DNA from: [Archangium] primigenium
GTDB lineage: Bacteria > Myxococcota > Myxococcia > Myxococcales > Myxococcaceae
Assembly (NCBI RefSeq): GCF_016904885.1
Contig: NZ_JADWYI010000001.1
Location: 7,241,224-7,305,223, forward strand
Reading direction: 5' to 3'
Length of the DNA stretch: 64,000 nt
Below the pieces are notes generated by a model, which saw nothing but the letters and a program-made list of their open reading frames with translations, ran no database searches and was not told the origin of the DNA. Below, one piece after another: positions 45,865-57,900 of this stretch (positions within the stretch are counted from its first letter, which is position 1; each line of letters starts with the position of its first letter). The position numbers and the translations under genes were made by a program.

Positions 45865-48800
45865 ATGCGGTGGCTGCGTTACGGGGTGGTGCTGCTGGCG
45901 GTGGTGGCGTGCACGGGGCGTGAGTCAACGCCCGCCGCGTCCCCCCCTCCGTCCGAGCCTCCGACGACCGGGTCCTCCCGCGCCGGGTTGGCGGGAGTGA
46001 GCGCCCGGCTCTTGAAGGACATCAACGAGACCACCTACGCGGCGAACCCGCAGGGGCTGGCGAACGTCAACGGCACGGTCTTCTTCAGGGCCACGGACGG
46101 CTTGAGCGGGGTCGAACTGTGGAAGAGCGACGGCACCGCCGCCGGCACCGTCCTCGTCAAGGACATCCATCCAGGTCCGGGCGACTCGACTCCGGAAGAA
46201 CTGACGAACGTCAACGGCACCCTCTTCTTCCGCGCCACGGACAACAGCACGGCGCGCCCGGTGCTGTGGAAGAGCGACGGCACCGCCGCCGGCACCGTCC
46301 CCGTCATGAACATGGTGGCGGGCCCGCAGACCTCGAGCCCCTACCTCCTGACGGCTGTCGGCGACACGCTCTATTTCACTTTCTATAACAGCGCGACGGG
46401 CACGGAGCTGTGGAAGAGTGACGGCACCGCCAAAGGCACCGTCCTCGTCAAGGACATCTCCCCGGGCTCGGCCAGCGCGAGGCCCGAGTACCTGACGAAC
46501 GTCAATGGCACGCTCTTCTTCGTGGCCGAGGGCAGCTTCTTCAATGACCGGGAGCTGTGGAAGAGCGACGGCACCGCCGCCGGCACCGTCCTCGTCAAGG
46601 ACATCCGCGAGGGCTCGGCCAGCTCGGCTCCCAGTCGACTGACGAACGTCAATGGCACGCTCTTCTTCGTGGCCAATCTCGGCGGTCGTAACAATCAGTT
46701 GTGGAAGAGCGATGGCACCACCGCCGGCACGGTCCTCGTCAAGGAACCGAATTCCTTGTTTCCCAGCAACCTGACGAACGTCAACGGCACGCTCTATTTC
46801 TCGGCCTCCGCAGGATACGCTCGCCAGGACTTGTGGAAGAGCGACGGCACCACCGTCGGCACCGTTCTCGTCAAGACCATCGATACGGTCTGGCCTGGCG
46901 TGGACCTCGCGAATCTGACGAACGTCAACGGCACACTCTACTTCACCACGGACGGCGAGAACGGCGATGAGCTGTGGAAGAGCGACGGCACCGCCGCCGG
47001 CACCGTCCTCTTCAAGGACATCCATCCAGGCTGGCCCTCCTCCCGCCCACGGGAGTTGAGGAGCATCAACAACACGCTCTATTTCACAGCCCAGAGCCCC
47101 TCCGAGTGGGGGTTGTGGAAGAGCGACGGAACCCCCACCGGCACCGTCCTCGTCAAGGCGCTCCAGCGCCAGTCGAGCCCGAGCGACACCGAACTCGTGG
47201 CCCTGACGGACGTCAACGGCACGCCTTACTTCAGCGCCAATGACGGTCTGTATGGCCATGAGTTGTGGAAGAGCGACGGCACGGCCACTGGCACGGTGCT
47301 GACCCGGGACATCAACACGAAGACGCAGGGTTCGAATCCCTACCTCCTGACGAACGTCAACGGCACGCTCTACTTCTCGGCCACGGATGGTGTGAATGGC
47401 TCCGAGTTGTGGAAGAGCGACGGCACCGCCGCTGGCACCCGCCTCGTCAAGGACATCAACCCCAGCTCGGGCGGCAATTCGAATCTCCACGCCTTGACGA
47501 ACGTCAACGGCACACTCTACTTCGCGGCCACGGATGGTGTGAATGGCTCCGAGTTGTGGAAGAGCGACGGCACCGCCGCTGGCACCCGCCTCGTCAAGGA
47601 TATCAACCCTGGCTCGAGCAACGCGTTTCCCGGCAAACTAACGAACGTCAACGGTACGCTGTATTTCACGGCCTCCAACAGCGAGAGCAGCTACCAAGAC
47701 AGATTGTGGAAGAGCGATGGCACCACCGCCGGCACTGTGCTTGTCCAGGGCACGGCCACCGGCTCGGGGGTCTTGTCGATCACGGGCTCCCTGACGAACG
47801 TCAACGGCACGCTCTACCTCTCGGCCACCAACGGCACGAGTGGCGAGGAATTGTGGAAGAGCGATGGCACCGCCGCTGGCACCGTCCTCGTCAAGGACCT
47901 CTTCCCTGGCTCGAGCGGCTCGGGTCCTGGAAATCTGACGAACGTCAACGGCACGCTCTACTTCTCGGCCACCAACGGCACGAGTGGCATGGAGTTGTGG
48001 AAGAGCGATGGCACCGCCGCCGGCACCGTCCTCGTCCAGGACCTCTTCCCCGGCTCGAGCGGCTCGGGTCCTGGAAATCTGACGAACGTCAACGGCACGC
48101 TCTACTTCTCGGCCACCAACGGCACGAGTGGCGTGGAGTTGTGGAAGAGCGATGGCACGGCCGAAGGCACCGTCCTCGTCCAGGACCTCTTCCCCGGCTC
48201 GAGCGGCTCGAATCCCCAAAACCTGACGAACGTCAACGGCACGCTCTACTTCTCGGCCACCAACGGCACGAGTGGTGTGGAGTTGTGGAAGAGCGATGGC
48301 ACGGCCGAAGGCACCGTCCTCGTCAAGGACCTCTTCCCCGGCTCGAGCGGCTCGAATCCTCGAGACATGGCGAACGTCAACGGCACGCTCTACTTCTCGG
48401 CCGACGACGGCACGACCGGCCGGGAGTTGTGGCGGAGCGATGGTACGACCGGGGGCACCGTCCTCGTCCAGGACATCTCCCCGGGCTCGATCGGCTCGGG
48501 GCCCCAGTACCTCACCCAGGCCGGGGCCTCGGTGTTCTTCACCGCCCGTACGCCGGCCCATGACACAGAGCTGTGGGTGCTGAGCGGCGACCTGCTGCCG
48601 CCCACCGTGACGTGCCCCGCCGCGCAGGACGCGCTGGCCACGAGCCCGGCCGGCGCGAATGTCACCTACCCGCCCGCCACCGCCACGGATGATCAGACGG
48701 ACTCGCCCCGGCTCGCCTACTCGCTGGCCTCCGGCGCCCTCTTCCCGTTGGGCGACACACGCGTCACCGTGACGGCCACGGACGACGCGGGCAACACGGC

Positions 48801-51800
48801 CCAGTGCGCCTTCACCGTCAGCGTCCTGCCGCCCCCGCCCACGGTCACCGCGCCTGTCGACGGGACGTCTTCGCTTCCACCTGTCCTCGTGTCCGGCACG
48901 GCCCTGGCGGGCGCCGAGGTGCACGTCCTGGAGGGCACCACCGTCCTGAAAATCCTCGCCACGAGCACGGACGGTACTTTCAGTGGCGGGATGGCGCCGG
49001 AGTCACGTGTCTACTCCCTGCGCTTCGTCCAGATCCTCAACGGCTTCACCTCCACGCCCACGGGCCCGCGCACCGTGTTCGTCCGCCCGCCGCCGCCGAG
49101 CCTCTCCCATCCCTCGGACGGACTCGTCACGACCCACCCCGACGTCCCCCTGCTCGTCCGCGGTCTGCCCGATGCCAGCCTCACCGTGCGCGAGGGCCCA
49201 ACGGTCCTCGCGACGCTTGCGCTCGACGAGGCGGGAAACTTCGCCGGTTCGCTCGCCCTGGACCCTGGCGTGCACGTGCTGCGCTTCACCCAGACCACGT
49301 CCGGTGGCACCAGTGACGAGGTCGTGCGCACCGTCACCCGCCAGCCGCCGGCCCCTGTCCTGACCCGCCCCACCTCGGGCGCTTCGCTCGTGGGCTCCAC
49401 CGTGCGCGTGGAGGGCACGGGCGCTCCGGGTGCCACGGCCCGGGTGCTCGAGGACGGCGCTGTCGTGGGCAGCTTCTCCGTGACGAGTGGCGGCACCTTC
49501 GCGGGTGACATCCCCCTGGCCTATGGCCCGCACCAGTTGACGGCGGTGCAGGTGGCTGGGGGCCAGACGAGCCCCGCCTCCGCGCCCGTCTCCTTCGAGG
49601 TGCGACCCGCTGCCCCCAGTGTGTCCTCGCCCGCCGATGGCACCACCTTCGACGGTCCCACGGTGGCCGTCTCGGGCTCGGGCGTGTTGGGCGCCCAGGT
49701 GGAGGTGCGGGAGGCGGGCACGGTGCTCGCCTCCTTCGCGGTGGACGCCTCCGGCGGCTTCACGGGCGAGGTGGAGTTGGCGCCCGGCACGCACAGCCTC
49801 TCCTTCGTGCAGAAGGCGGGTGGCACCACCAGTGACGTCACGGGCCCCCGGAATATCTCCGTGCGGCCCGCCGCCCCCGTGCTCTCCGCTCCCGCGGCCA
49901 ACGCCCGCGTGCCAGGGCCCCAGGTGGTGCTGCAGGGCACCGCCCTGGCCGGAGCGCGTGTCCTCGCCGAGGAGGCCGGCGTGTCCCTGGGCGGCACCTC
50001 GGCGGAGGCCTCCGGGGCCTTCCAGCTGAGCGTCACGCTGGCCTACGGGCCGCACAGCCTCTCGCTCCAGCAGGAAGCCGGCGGTGTCACCGGTCCGGCG
50101 CGCACCGCCGCCTTCACCGTCATTCCCGCCCCACCCGTCCTCTCCCAGCCCCAGGAGGGCGCCACCGTGGGCAGCAGCGTCGAGGTGCGCGGCACCGCCC
50201 TGCCCTTGGCGCACGTCACCCTGCGCGATGGCACCCAGGTGCTCGCCCAGCTCGACGCGGACGCCGACGGCGCCTTCCTGCTCGACGTCACCCTCGCCTA
50301 TGGCCCCCACACCCTCACCGCCGTGCAGCGTGTGCAGGGCGAGGACAGTGAGGCCTCCGCGCCCGCGCACCTCACCTCCGTCTTCAACCGCGCTCCCGTG
50401 GCCGACGCCCAGGAGTTGTCAGTCGAGGAAGACGGGCGCCTGGCCGTGACGCTCACCGCCAGCGACGCCGACGACGACGCCCTCACCTTCAGCGTCCAGA
50501 CGCCTCCGGCCCACGGCACCCTGGAGGGCACCCCGCCTGCCCTCACCTACGTGCCCGCGCCCGACTTCCACGGCGCCGACCGCTTCACCTTCGCCGTCTC
50601 CGACGGCCAGGCGGAGGCCACCGCCACCGTTCGCCTCACCGTCACCCCCGTCAATGACGCCCCCGTGGCCTACGCCCTTTCGGCCACCACGGGCGAGGGC
50701 CAGCCCGTCTCCCTCACCCTGTCCGGCAGCGACATCGATGGCGACGCGCTCTCCTATGCGGTGGTGACGGGCCCGGCGCACGGAAGCCTTCAGGGCACCC
50801 CGCCCGCGCTGACGTACACCCCCGCCCCGGGCTTCGCGGGCATGGACGCCTTCACCTTCCGCGTGAACGACGGTCAGCTCGACTCCCCTCCGGCCTCTGT
50901 ATCCATTCGCATCCTGGCCACCACCCTGTCCGTGTCCGTGAGCGACCTGTCTCCGCTGGAGGGCAGCCCCGTCGCCTTCTCGGCGGCTCTGGCCGATGCC
51001 CGCGCCACACCCTCCTTCGCCTGGGACTTCGGGGACGGCACCACGTCCCGCGAGCCCGCTCCGCGCCATGCCTTCCCCGACGACGGCCCGTACACCGTGC
51101 GCGTGAGCGCCACGGACGCCGACGGCACGCGCCAGGCGTCCGTCCTCCTCACCGTGCGCAACGCTCCGCCCGTGGTGACAGCCCTCACGCTGCCCGAGGG
51201 CGTCGTCGAAGCGCAGGAGGTGGAGTTGTCGGCCATGGCCGAGGACCCCGCTGGCAGCGCCGACACCCTGACGTACGCCTGGGACTTCGGCGATGGCTCG
51301 CCCGTGGTCCAGGGCACCACCGTGCGCCATGCCTTCCGGGACGACGGGACCTTCACCGTGGTGCTCACCGTGCGTGACGAGGACGGCGGTGAAACCCAGC
51401 AACAGGCCACGCTCTTCGTCGCCAACGTGCCTCCGACCGCCACCCCTCCCGAGCGCCAGTTCGTCCGCGTGGGAGAGAGCCTGAGCCTCCAGCTGGCCGC
51501 GAGCGATGTCGCGGGCGAGGCAGACCCGCTCACCTGGACGAAGCTCAGCGGGCCCGGCGCGGTGACGCCCGAAGGGCTCTTCACCTGGGTGCCCTCAACG
51601 CAGGAAGTGGGCGAGGCCTCCATTGAGCTCCAGGTGTCCGATGACGACGGGGGCAGCGCCGAGGTGACGCTGGTGGTGGAGGTGTCAGGCCCGAACGCCG
51701 AGCCGCCCGCGGGTTGTGGCTGTGGGGCCAGTGGTGAAGCCTCGGGGCTGTTCGCCGTCCTGCTCGGACTCGGTGCCCTCACCAGGCGCCGTGCGCCCCG

Positions 51801-51828
51801 TCCGGGCGCGACGCCTCGACACGGCTGA
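45865..51828 (+). CDS. Giant secreted/surface protein (1987 aa). From N- to C-terminus: signal peptide, about 26 ELWxxDGT repeats, a HYR domain, a tandem Ig-like domain array, two cadherin-like/VCBS domains, PKD domains, and a MYXO-CTERM sorting tail
   Basis: MRWLRYGVVLLAVVACTG is the signal peptide. ELWKSDGTAAGTVLVKDI..PG....P..LTNVNGTLYFSA.DG..G repeats are present. The tail is C-terminal GCGCGASGEASGLFAVLLGLGALTRRRAPR. Confidence 0.85.
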   Translation: MRWLRYGVVLLAVVACTGRESTPAASPPPSEPPTTGSSRAGLAGVSARLLKDINETTYAANPQGLANVNGTVFFRATDGLSGVELWKSDGTAAGTVLVKDIHPGPGDSTPEELTNVNGTLFFRATDNSTARPVLWKSDGTAAGTVPVMNMVAGPQTSSPYLLTAVGDTLYFTFYNSATGTELWKSDGTAKGTVLVKDISPGSASARPEYLTNVNGTLFFVAEGSFFNDRELWKSDGTAAGTVLVKDIREGSASSAPSRLTNVNGTLFFVANLGGRNNQLWKSDGTTAGTVLVKEPNSLFPSNLTNVNGTLYFSASAGYARQDLWKSDGTTVGTVLVKTIDTVWPGVDLANLTNVNGTLYFTTDGENGDELWKSDGTAAGTVLFKDIHPGWPSSRPRELRSINNTLYFTAQSPSEWGLWKSDGTPTGTVLVKALQRQSSPSDTELVALTDVNGTPYFSANDGLYGHELWKSDGTATGTVLTRDINTKTQGSNPYLLTNVNGTLYFSATDGVNGSELWKSDGTAAGTRLVKDINPSSGGNSNLHALTNVNGTLYFAATDGVNGSELWKSDGTAAGTRLVKDINPGSSNAFPGKLTNVNGTLYFTASNSESSYQDRLWKSDGTTAGTVLVQGTATGSGVLSITGSLTNVNGTLYLSATNGTSGEELWKSDGTAAGTVLVKDLFPGSSGSGPGNLTNVNGTLYFSATNGTSGMELWKSDGTAAGTVLVQDLFPGSSGSGPGNLTNVNGTLYFSATNGTSGVELWKSDGTAEGTVLVQDLFPGSSGSNPQNLTNVNGTLYFSATNGTSGVELWKSDGTAEGTVLVKDLFPGSSGSNPRDMANVNGTLYFSADDGTTGRELWRSDGTTGGTVLVQDISPGSIGSGPQYLTQAGASVFFTARTPAHDTELWVLSGDLLPPTVTCPAAQDALATSPAGANVTYPPATATDDQTDSPRLAYSLASGALFPLGDTRVTVTATDDAGNTAQCAFTVSVLPPPPTVTAPVDGTSSLPPVLVSGTALAGAEVHVLEGTTVLKILATSTDGTFSGGMAPESRVYSLRFVQILNGFTSTPTGPRTVFVRPPPPSLSHPSDGLVTTHPDVPLLVRGLPDASLTVREGPTVLATLALDEAGNFAGSLALDPGVHVLRFTQTTSGGTSDEVVRTVTRQPPAPVLTRPTSGASLVGSTVRVEGTGAPGATARVLEDGAVVGSFSVTSGGTFAGDIPLAYGPHQLTAVQVAGGQTSPASAPVSFEVRPAAPSVSSPADGTTFDGPTVAVSGSGVLGAQVEVREAGTVLASFAVDASGGFTGEVELAPGTHSLSFVQKAGGTTSDVTGPRNISVRPAAPVLSAPAANARVPGPQVVLQGTALAGARVLAEEAGVSLGGTSAEASGAFQLSVTLAYGPHSLSLQQEAGGVTGPARTAAFTVIPAPPVLSQPQEGATVGSSVEVRGTALPLAHVTLRDGTQVLAQLDADADGAFLLDVTLAYGPHTLTAVQRVQGEDSEASAPAHLTSVFNRAPVADAQELSVEEDGRLAVTLTASDADDDALTFSVQTPPAHGTLEGTPPALTYVPAPDFHGADRFTFAVSDGQAEATATVRLTVTPVNDAPVAYALSATTGEGQPVSLTLSGSDIDGDALSYAVVTGPAHGSLQGTPPALTYTPAPGFAGMDAFTFRVNDGQLDSPPASVSIRILATTLSVSVSDLSPLEGSPVAFSAALADARATPSFAWDFGDGTTSREPAPRHAFPDDGPYTVRVSATDADGTRQASVLLTVRNAPPVVTALTLPEGVVEAQEVELSAMAEDPAGSADTLTYAWDFGDGSPVVQGTTVRHAFRDDGTFTVVLTVRDEDGGETQQQATLFVANVPPTATPPERQFVRVGESLSLQLAASDVAGEADPLTWTKLSGPGAVTPEGLFTWVPSTQEVGEASIELQVSDDDGGSAEVTLVVEVSGPNAEPPAGCGCGASGEASGLFAVLLGLGALTRRRAPRPGATPRHG
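46045..48590 (+). repeat. Intragenic tandem array of about 120-nt (38-44 aa) ELWxxDGT repeat units, about 26 copies
   Basis: The peptide motif ..ELWKSDGT.AGTVLVKDI.PG is reiterated. Units are diverged at the nucleotide level but periodic. Confidence 0.7.
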
Positions 51829-51973
51829 CAGGCCCCGCGCCCTCGTCGCGTCCCGGGCGGGAGCAGGCGGTTTGCGCTCCCGACGGGCCGCATGGTACCC
51901 CCCCCTCGACACAACCGAAGCGGAAAGTTCCACACATCGTGGACTTCCGCGAGCGGTATCCCGAGGGGGGACC

Positions 51974-54900
51974 ATGCGGTGGCTGCGTTATGCGGTGGTG
52001 GTGTTGGCGGTGGTGGCGTGCTCGCGGCCCGAGCCCGTGCCCCCCGTCGAGACCATGCCTTCCGTGTCTCGGGAAGTGGCCGGGTCGTCCCGCGCGGGAC
52101 TGGTGAGCGCGAGCGCCCGGCTGGTGAAGGACATCAACCCGCGCACCGCCTCGGCGAATCCGCGGGAGCTGACCAACATCCAGGGCACCGTCTATTTCAG
52201 CGCCTCGGACGGCATGACGGGCAGCGAACTGTGGAAGAGCGATGGCACCGCCGCCGGCACCGTCCTCCTCAAGGACATCCATCCGGGCCCGGGCGACTCG
52301 GCCCCCAGGAACCTGATCAACGTCAACGGCACGCTCTACTTCTCGGCCACCAACGGCATCCATGGCCATGAGCTGTGGAAGAGCGATGGCACCGCCGCCG
52401 GCACCGTCCTCGTCCAGGACATCTTCCCCGGCGCGGATGGCTCGGATCCCAACCAACTGACGGACGTCAACGGCACCCTCTTCTTCTCGGCCACCAACGG
52501 CACCCATGGCTATGAGGTGTGGAAGAGTGACGGCACCGCCGCTGGCACCGTCCTCCTCAAGGACATCTTCCCAGGCCAGGTGCACTCGAGTCCGAGCTCC
52601 CTGACGAATGTCAACGGCACCCTCTTCTTCTCGGCCCTTGACGACGTGAATGGCCAGGGGTTGTGGAAGAGCGATGGCACGGCCGCGGGCACCGTCCTCG
52701 TCAAGGACATCAACCCAAGCGCGAACTATTCGAACTCGCATTCCCTGACGAACGTCAACGGCATGCTCTACTTCTCGGCCGAGGACGGCGTGCATGGCAT
52801 GGAGTTGTGGAAGAGCGACGGCACCGCCGCCGGCACCGTCCTCGTCCAGGACATCTTTCCAGGCTCATTCAACGGGAACCCGAGGGGCCTGACGAACGTC
52901 CAGGGCACGCTCTACTTCAGCGCCTCGGACGACTCGACGAACAGGGAGCTGTGGAAGAGCGACGGCACCGCCGCGGGCACCGTCCGCGTCAAGGACATCC
53001 GCCCAGGAGGGGCCGGCGCGAGCCCGGAGTTCCTGACGCACGTCAACGGCATGCTCTACTTCTCGGCCGAGGACGGCGTGAATGGCCGGGAGTTGTGGAA
53101 GAGCGATGGCACCACCGCCGGCACCGTGCTCGTCCAGGACATCGTCATGGGCTCGGGCTCGTCCACACCCGAGGAGTTGAAGAACGTCAACGGCACGCTC
53201 TATTTCACGATCCGGACCGCCTCCAGGTGGGAGTTGTGGAAGAGCGACGGCACCGCCGCCGGCACGATCCTCTTCAAGGCGCTCTCGCCCATCGGCTCCG
53301 GACCGCTGTACCTGACGGACGTCAACGGCACGGCCTGGTTCAGCATCAATGTCGACGGGAAGGGCACCGAGCTGTGGAAGAGCGACGGAACGCCCTCGGG
53401 TCTGGTGATGATCCGGGACATCAACACGAATACGGAAGACGCGCTCCCGAGCCGACTGACGAACGTCAATGGCATGCTTTACTTCGCGGCCCGCGATGAC
53501 AGTGGTCGCGCGGAACTGTGGAAGAGCGACGGTACGACCGCGGGGACCGTCGTGCATTACCTCGACCCGGGCGCGCCCAGCCCGAACCCGCTCGAGCTGA
53601 CGAACGTCAACGGCACCCTCTTCTTCTCCGCCTCGGAAGGCACGAATGGCCGGGAGTTGTGGAAGAGCGATGGCACGGCCGCGGGCACCCGGCTCGTCAA
53701 GGACATCTTCCCGGGCGTGAACAGCTCGAACCCGAGCAACCTGACGAACGTCAACGGCACCCTCTTCTTCGTCGCATCGAACGGCACGAATGGCCAGGAG
53801 CTCTGGAAGAGCGATGGCACGGCCGCGGGCACCGTGCTCGTCAAGGACATCCTCCCAGGCTCGGGCCCCTCGAGCCCGAGCAACCTGACGAACGCCAACG
53901 GCACCCTCTTCTTCTCGGCCAACGATGGCCAGCGTGGCACCGAGCTGTGGAAGAGCGATGGCACCACCGCCGGCACGGTCCTCGTCAAGGACCTCCTCCC
54001 GGGCGCGAACGACGGGTCTCCGCAGCTGCTGACAAACATCAACGGCACGCTCTTCTTCGTCGCCACGGACGACACGAATGGCCAGGAGTTGTGGAAGAGC
54101 GATGGCACGGCCGCGGGCACCGTGCTCGTCAAGGACATCTTCCCGGGCACGCGCGGCTCATTCCCGAACGGCCTGACGAACCTCGATGGCACGCTCTATC
54201 TCAGCGCCACGGACGGCACGAATGGCCAGGAGCTGTGGAAGAGCGATGGCACCGCCGCGGGTACCGTGCTCGTCCAGGACATCGTCCCGGGCGCTTTGGG
54301 CTCGAACCCGAGCCGCCTGACGAACGCCCAGGGCACGCTCTACTTCTCGGCCTGGAGCGAGGCGAATGGACAGGAGCTGTGGAAGAGCGATGGCACGGCC
54401 GCGGGCGCCCTGCTCGTCAAGGACATCTTCCCGGGCACGCGCGGCTCGGCACCGACCTCCCTGATGAATAGCGGAAGCACGCTCTACTTCTCGGCCGACG
54501 ACGGCACGACGGGCCGGGAGTTGTGGATGAGCGATGGCACGGCCGCGGGCACCGTGCTCGTCCAGGACATCTTCCCGGGTCCGACTGGCTCGGAGCCCCT
54601 GTACCTCACCCAGGCGAGAGGCGCGGTGTTCTTCTCCGCGGCCTCGTTGGCGCACGGCCGGGAGTTGTGGGCGGTGGGCGGTGACAGCGTCCCGCCCACG
54701 GTGACGTGTCCCGCTCAGCAAGACGCGCTGGCCACGAGCGCCGCCGGGGCGACTGTCACCTACCCGCCCGCCACCGCCACGGATGACCAGACCGCCTCGC
54801 CCCGGCTCACCTACTCGGTGGCCTCCGGCGCCCTCTTCCCGCTGGGCGACACGCGCGTCACCGTGACGGCCACGGATGACGCGGGCAATACGGCCCAGTG

Positions 54901-57900
54901 TGGCTTCACCGTGAGCGTCCTACCGCCCCCGCCCACGGTCACCGCGCCTGTCGACGGGACGTCCTCGCTCGCGCCCGTGCTCATCTCCGGCACGGCCCTG
55001 GCGGGCGCCGAGGTGCACGTCCTGGAGGGAACCACCGTCCTGCGAAGCCTCGCCACGAACACGGACGGTGCCTTCAGTGGTGGGCTGGCGCTGGAGTCGC
55101 GTGTCTACTCGCTGCGCTTCGTCCAGACCCTCAACGGCTTCACCTCCACGCCCACGGGTCCGCGCACCGTGTTCGTCCGCCCGCCACCGCCGAGCCTCTC
55201 CCATCCCGAGGACGGACTCGTCACGACGAACCCCAGCGTCCCCCTGCTCGTCCGCGGTCTGCCCGACGCCACCCTCACCGTGCGCGAGGGCACGGCGGTC
55301 CTCGCGACGCTTGCTATCGACGAGGTGGGAAACTTCGCTGGGTCGCTCGCCCTGGGCCATGGCGTGCACGTGTTGCGCTTCACCCAGACCACGTCCGGTG
55401 GCACCAGTGACGACGTCGTGCGCACCGTCACCCGTCGGCCGTCGGCCCCTGTCTTGACCCGCCCCACCTCGGGCACTTCGCTCGTGGGCCCCACCGTGCG
55501 AGTGGAGGGCACGGGCGCTCCGGGTGCCACCGCCCAGGTGCTCGAGGCCGGCGCCGTCGTGGGCACCTTCCCCGTGGCGAGTGGCGGCACCTTCGTGGGT
55601 GACCTCGCCCTGGCCTATGGCCCGCACCAGTTGACGGCGGTGCAGGTGGAGGGCGGCCAGACGAGTCCCGCCTCCGCACCCGTCTCCTTCGAGGTGCGGC
55701 CCGCCGCCCCCCAGGTGTCCTCACCCACCGAAGGCGCCACCTTCGACGGCCCCACGGTGGCCGTCACCGGCACGGGCGCGCCGGGGGCTCAGGTGCAGGT
55801 GCGGGAGGCCAGGATGGTGCTCGCCTCCTTCGCGGTGGGCGCTTCCGGGGATTTCTCGGGCGAGGTGGAGCTGGAGCCTGGTACGCACAGCCTCTCCTTC
55901 GTGCAGAAGGCGGGTGGCGCCACCAGTGACGCCACGGGCCCGCGCAACGTGTCCGTGCGACCCGCCGCCCCCGTGCTCTCCTCGCCCGCCGCCAACGCCC
56001 GCGTGCTGGGACCCCAGGTGTTGCTGCAAGGCACGGCCCTCGCCGGAGCGCGAGTCTTCGCGGAGCAGGCGGGCGTGGCCCTGGGCAGCACCTCGGCGGA
56101 TGCGGCCCGGACGTTCCGACTGAGCGTCACCCTCGCCTACGGGCCGCACAGCATCGCCCTGCGGCAGGAGAGGGGGGGCGCTACCAGCCTGGCGCGCACC
56201 GCCGCCTTCACCGTCATCCCCGCCCCGCCCGTCCTCTCCCAGCCCCTGGATGGCGCCACCGTGGGCAACACCGTCGAGGTGCGCGGCACCGCCCTGCCCC
56301 GGGCGCGCGTCACCTTGCGCGATGGCGCCGAGGTTCTCGCCCAGCTCGACGCTGACACCAGCGGCACCTTCCTCCTGGACGTCTCGCTCTCCTACGGGCC
56401 TCACACCCTCACCGCCGTGCAGCGCGTACAGGGCGAGGACAGCGACCCCTCCGCGCCCGTGCACCTCACCACTGTTTTCAACCGCGCTCCCGTGGCGGAT
56501 GCCCAGGAATTGTCCGTCGAAGAAGACGGGCGCCTGGCCGTGACGCTCACCGCCCAGGATGCCGATGACGACGCCCTCACCTTCTCCGTCGGGACGCCGC
56601 CCGCCCACGGCTCGCTGGAGGGCACGCCGCCCGCCCTCACCTACGTCCCCGCCCCCGACTTCCACGGCGCCGACCGCTTCACCTTCGCCGTCTCGGACGG
56701 CCAGGCCGAGGCCACCGCCACCGTGCGCCTCACCGTCACTCCCGTCAACGATGCCCCCGTGGCGCACGCCCTCAGCGCCACCACGGGCGAAGGCCAGTCC
56801 ATCTCCCTCACCCTGTCCGGCTCCGATATCGATGGCGACACGCTCACCTACGTGGTCGTGACGGCTCCGGAGCATGGCGGCCTCCAAGGCACGCCGCCCG
56901 CGCTGACGTACACCCCCGCCCCGGGCTTCGCGGGCACGGACTTCTTCACCTTCCGGGTGAAGGACGGGCAGCTCGACTCGCCTCCGGCCACCGTGTCCCT
57001 GCGCGTCCTGGCCACCGCACTCACCGTCTCCGTGAGTGACCTGTCTCCCCTGGAGGGCAGTCCCGTCGCCTTCTCGGCCACGCTCGCCGATGCCAGCGCC
57101 ACGCCTGTCTTCTCCTGGGACTTCGGCGATGGCACTACGTCCACCGAGCCCGCCCCGCGACATGCCTTCCCCGACAACGGCGTGTACACCGTGCGCGTGA
57201 GTGCCACGGACGCCGACGGCACGCGCCAGGCGTCCGTGGTCCTCACCGTGCGCAACGCCCCTCCCGTGGTGACGTCTCTTTTCCTGTATGAGCGCGTCCT
57301 CGAGGCCCAGGAGGTCAAGCTGTCCGCCCTCGCGGAGGATCCCGCGGGCGACGCCGACACCCTGACCTACACCTGGGACTTCGGCGATGGCTCCCCCCCG
57401 GCGCTTGGCTCCACCGTGCGCCATGCCTTCCGGGACGACGGCGCCTTCACCGTGGTGCTCACCGTGCGTGACGAAGACGGCGGCGAGACCTGGAAGCAAG
57501 CCACCCTGACGGTCACCAACGTGCCTCCGACCACCACGGCTCCCGAGCGCCAGTTCATCCAGGTGGGCGAAAGCCTGAGCCTGCAACTGGCCGCCAGCGA
57601 CGTCGCGGGCGAGGCGGATCCGCTCACCTGGACCAAGCTCAGCGGTCCGGGCGCGGTGACCCCCGAGGGCCTCTTCACCTGGGTGCCCACCGCGCAGGAA
57701 GTGGGCGAGGCCTCCATCGAACTCCAGGTGTCCGACGACGAGGGCGGCAGCGCCGAGGTGACGCTCGTGGTGGAAGTGTCACGCCTGGAGACAGAGCCGC
57801 CCGCGGGCTGTGGCTGTGGCACTAGCGGGGACGCCTCGGGGCTGCTCGCGTTGCTCGGACTGGGTCTCCTGTCCGGGCGCCGTGCGCCCCGTTCACGAGG

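Noticed and set aside
45925-57586. Multiple long minus-strand ORFs (for example 45925-47490, 47638-48924, 49003-50370, 55721-57586) inside the giant paralogs
   Set aside because: They are antisense to repetitive GC-rich coding sequence and are compositionally G/A/R/V/H/E-biased. They mirror the sense-strand repeats rather than encoding independent domains.
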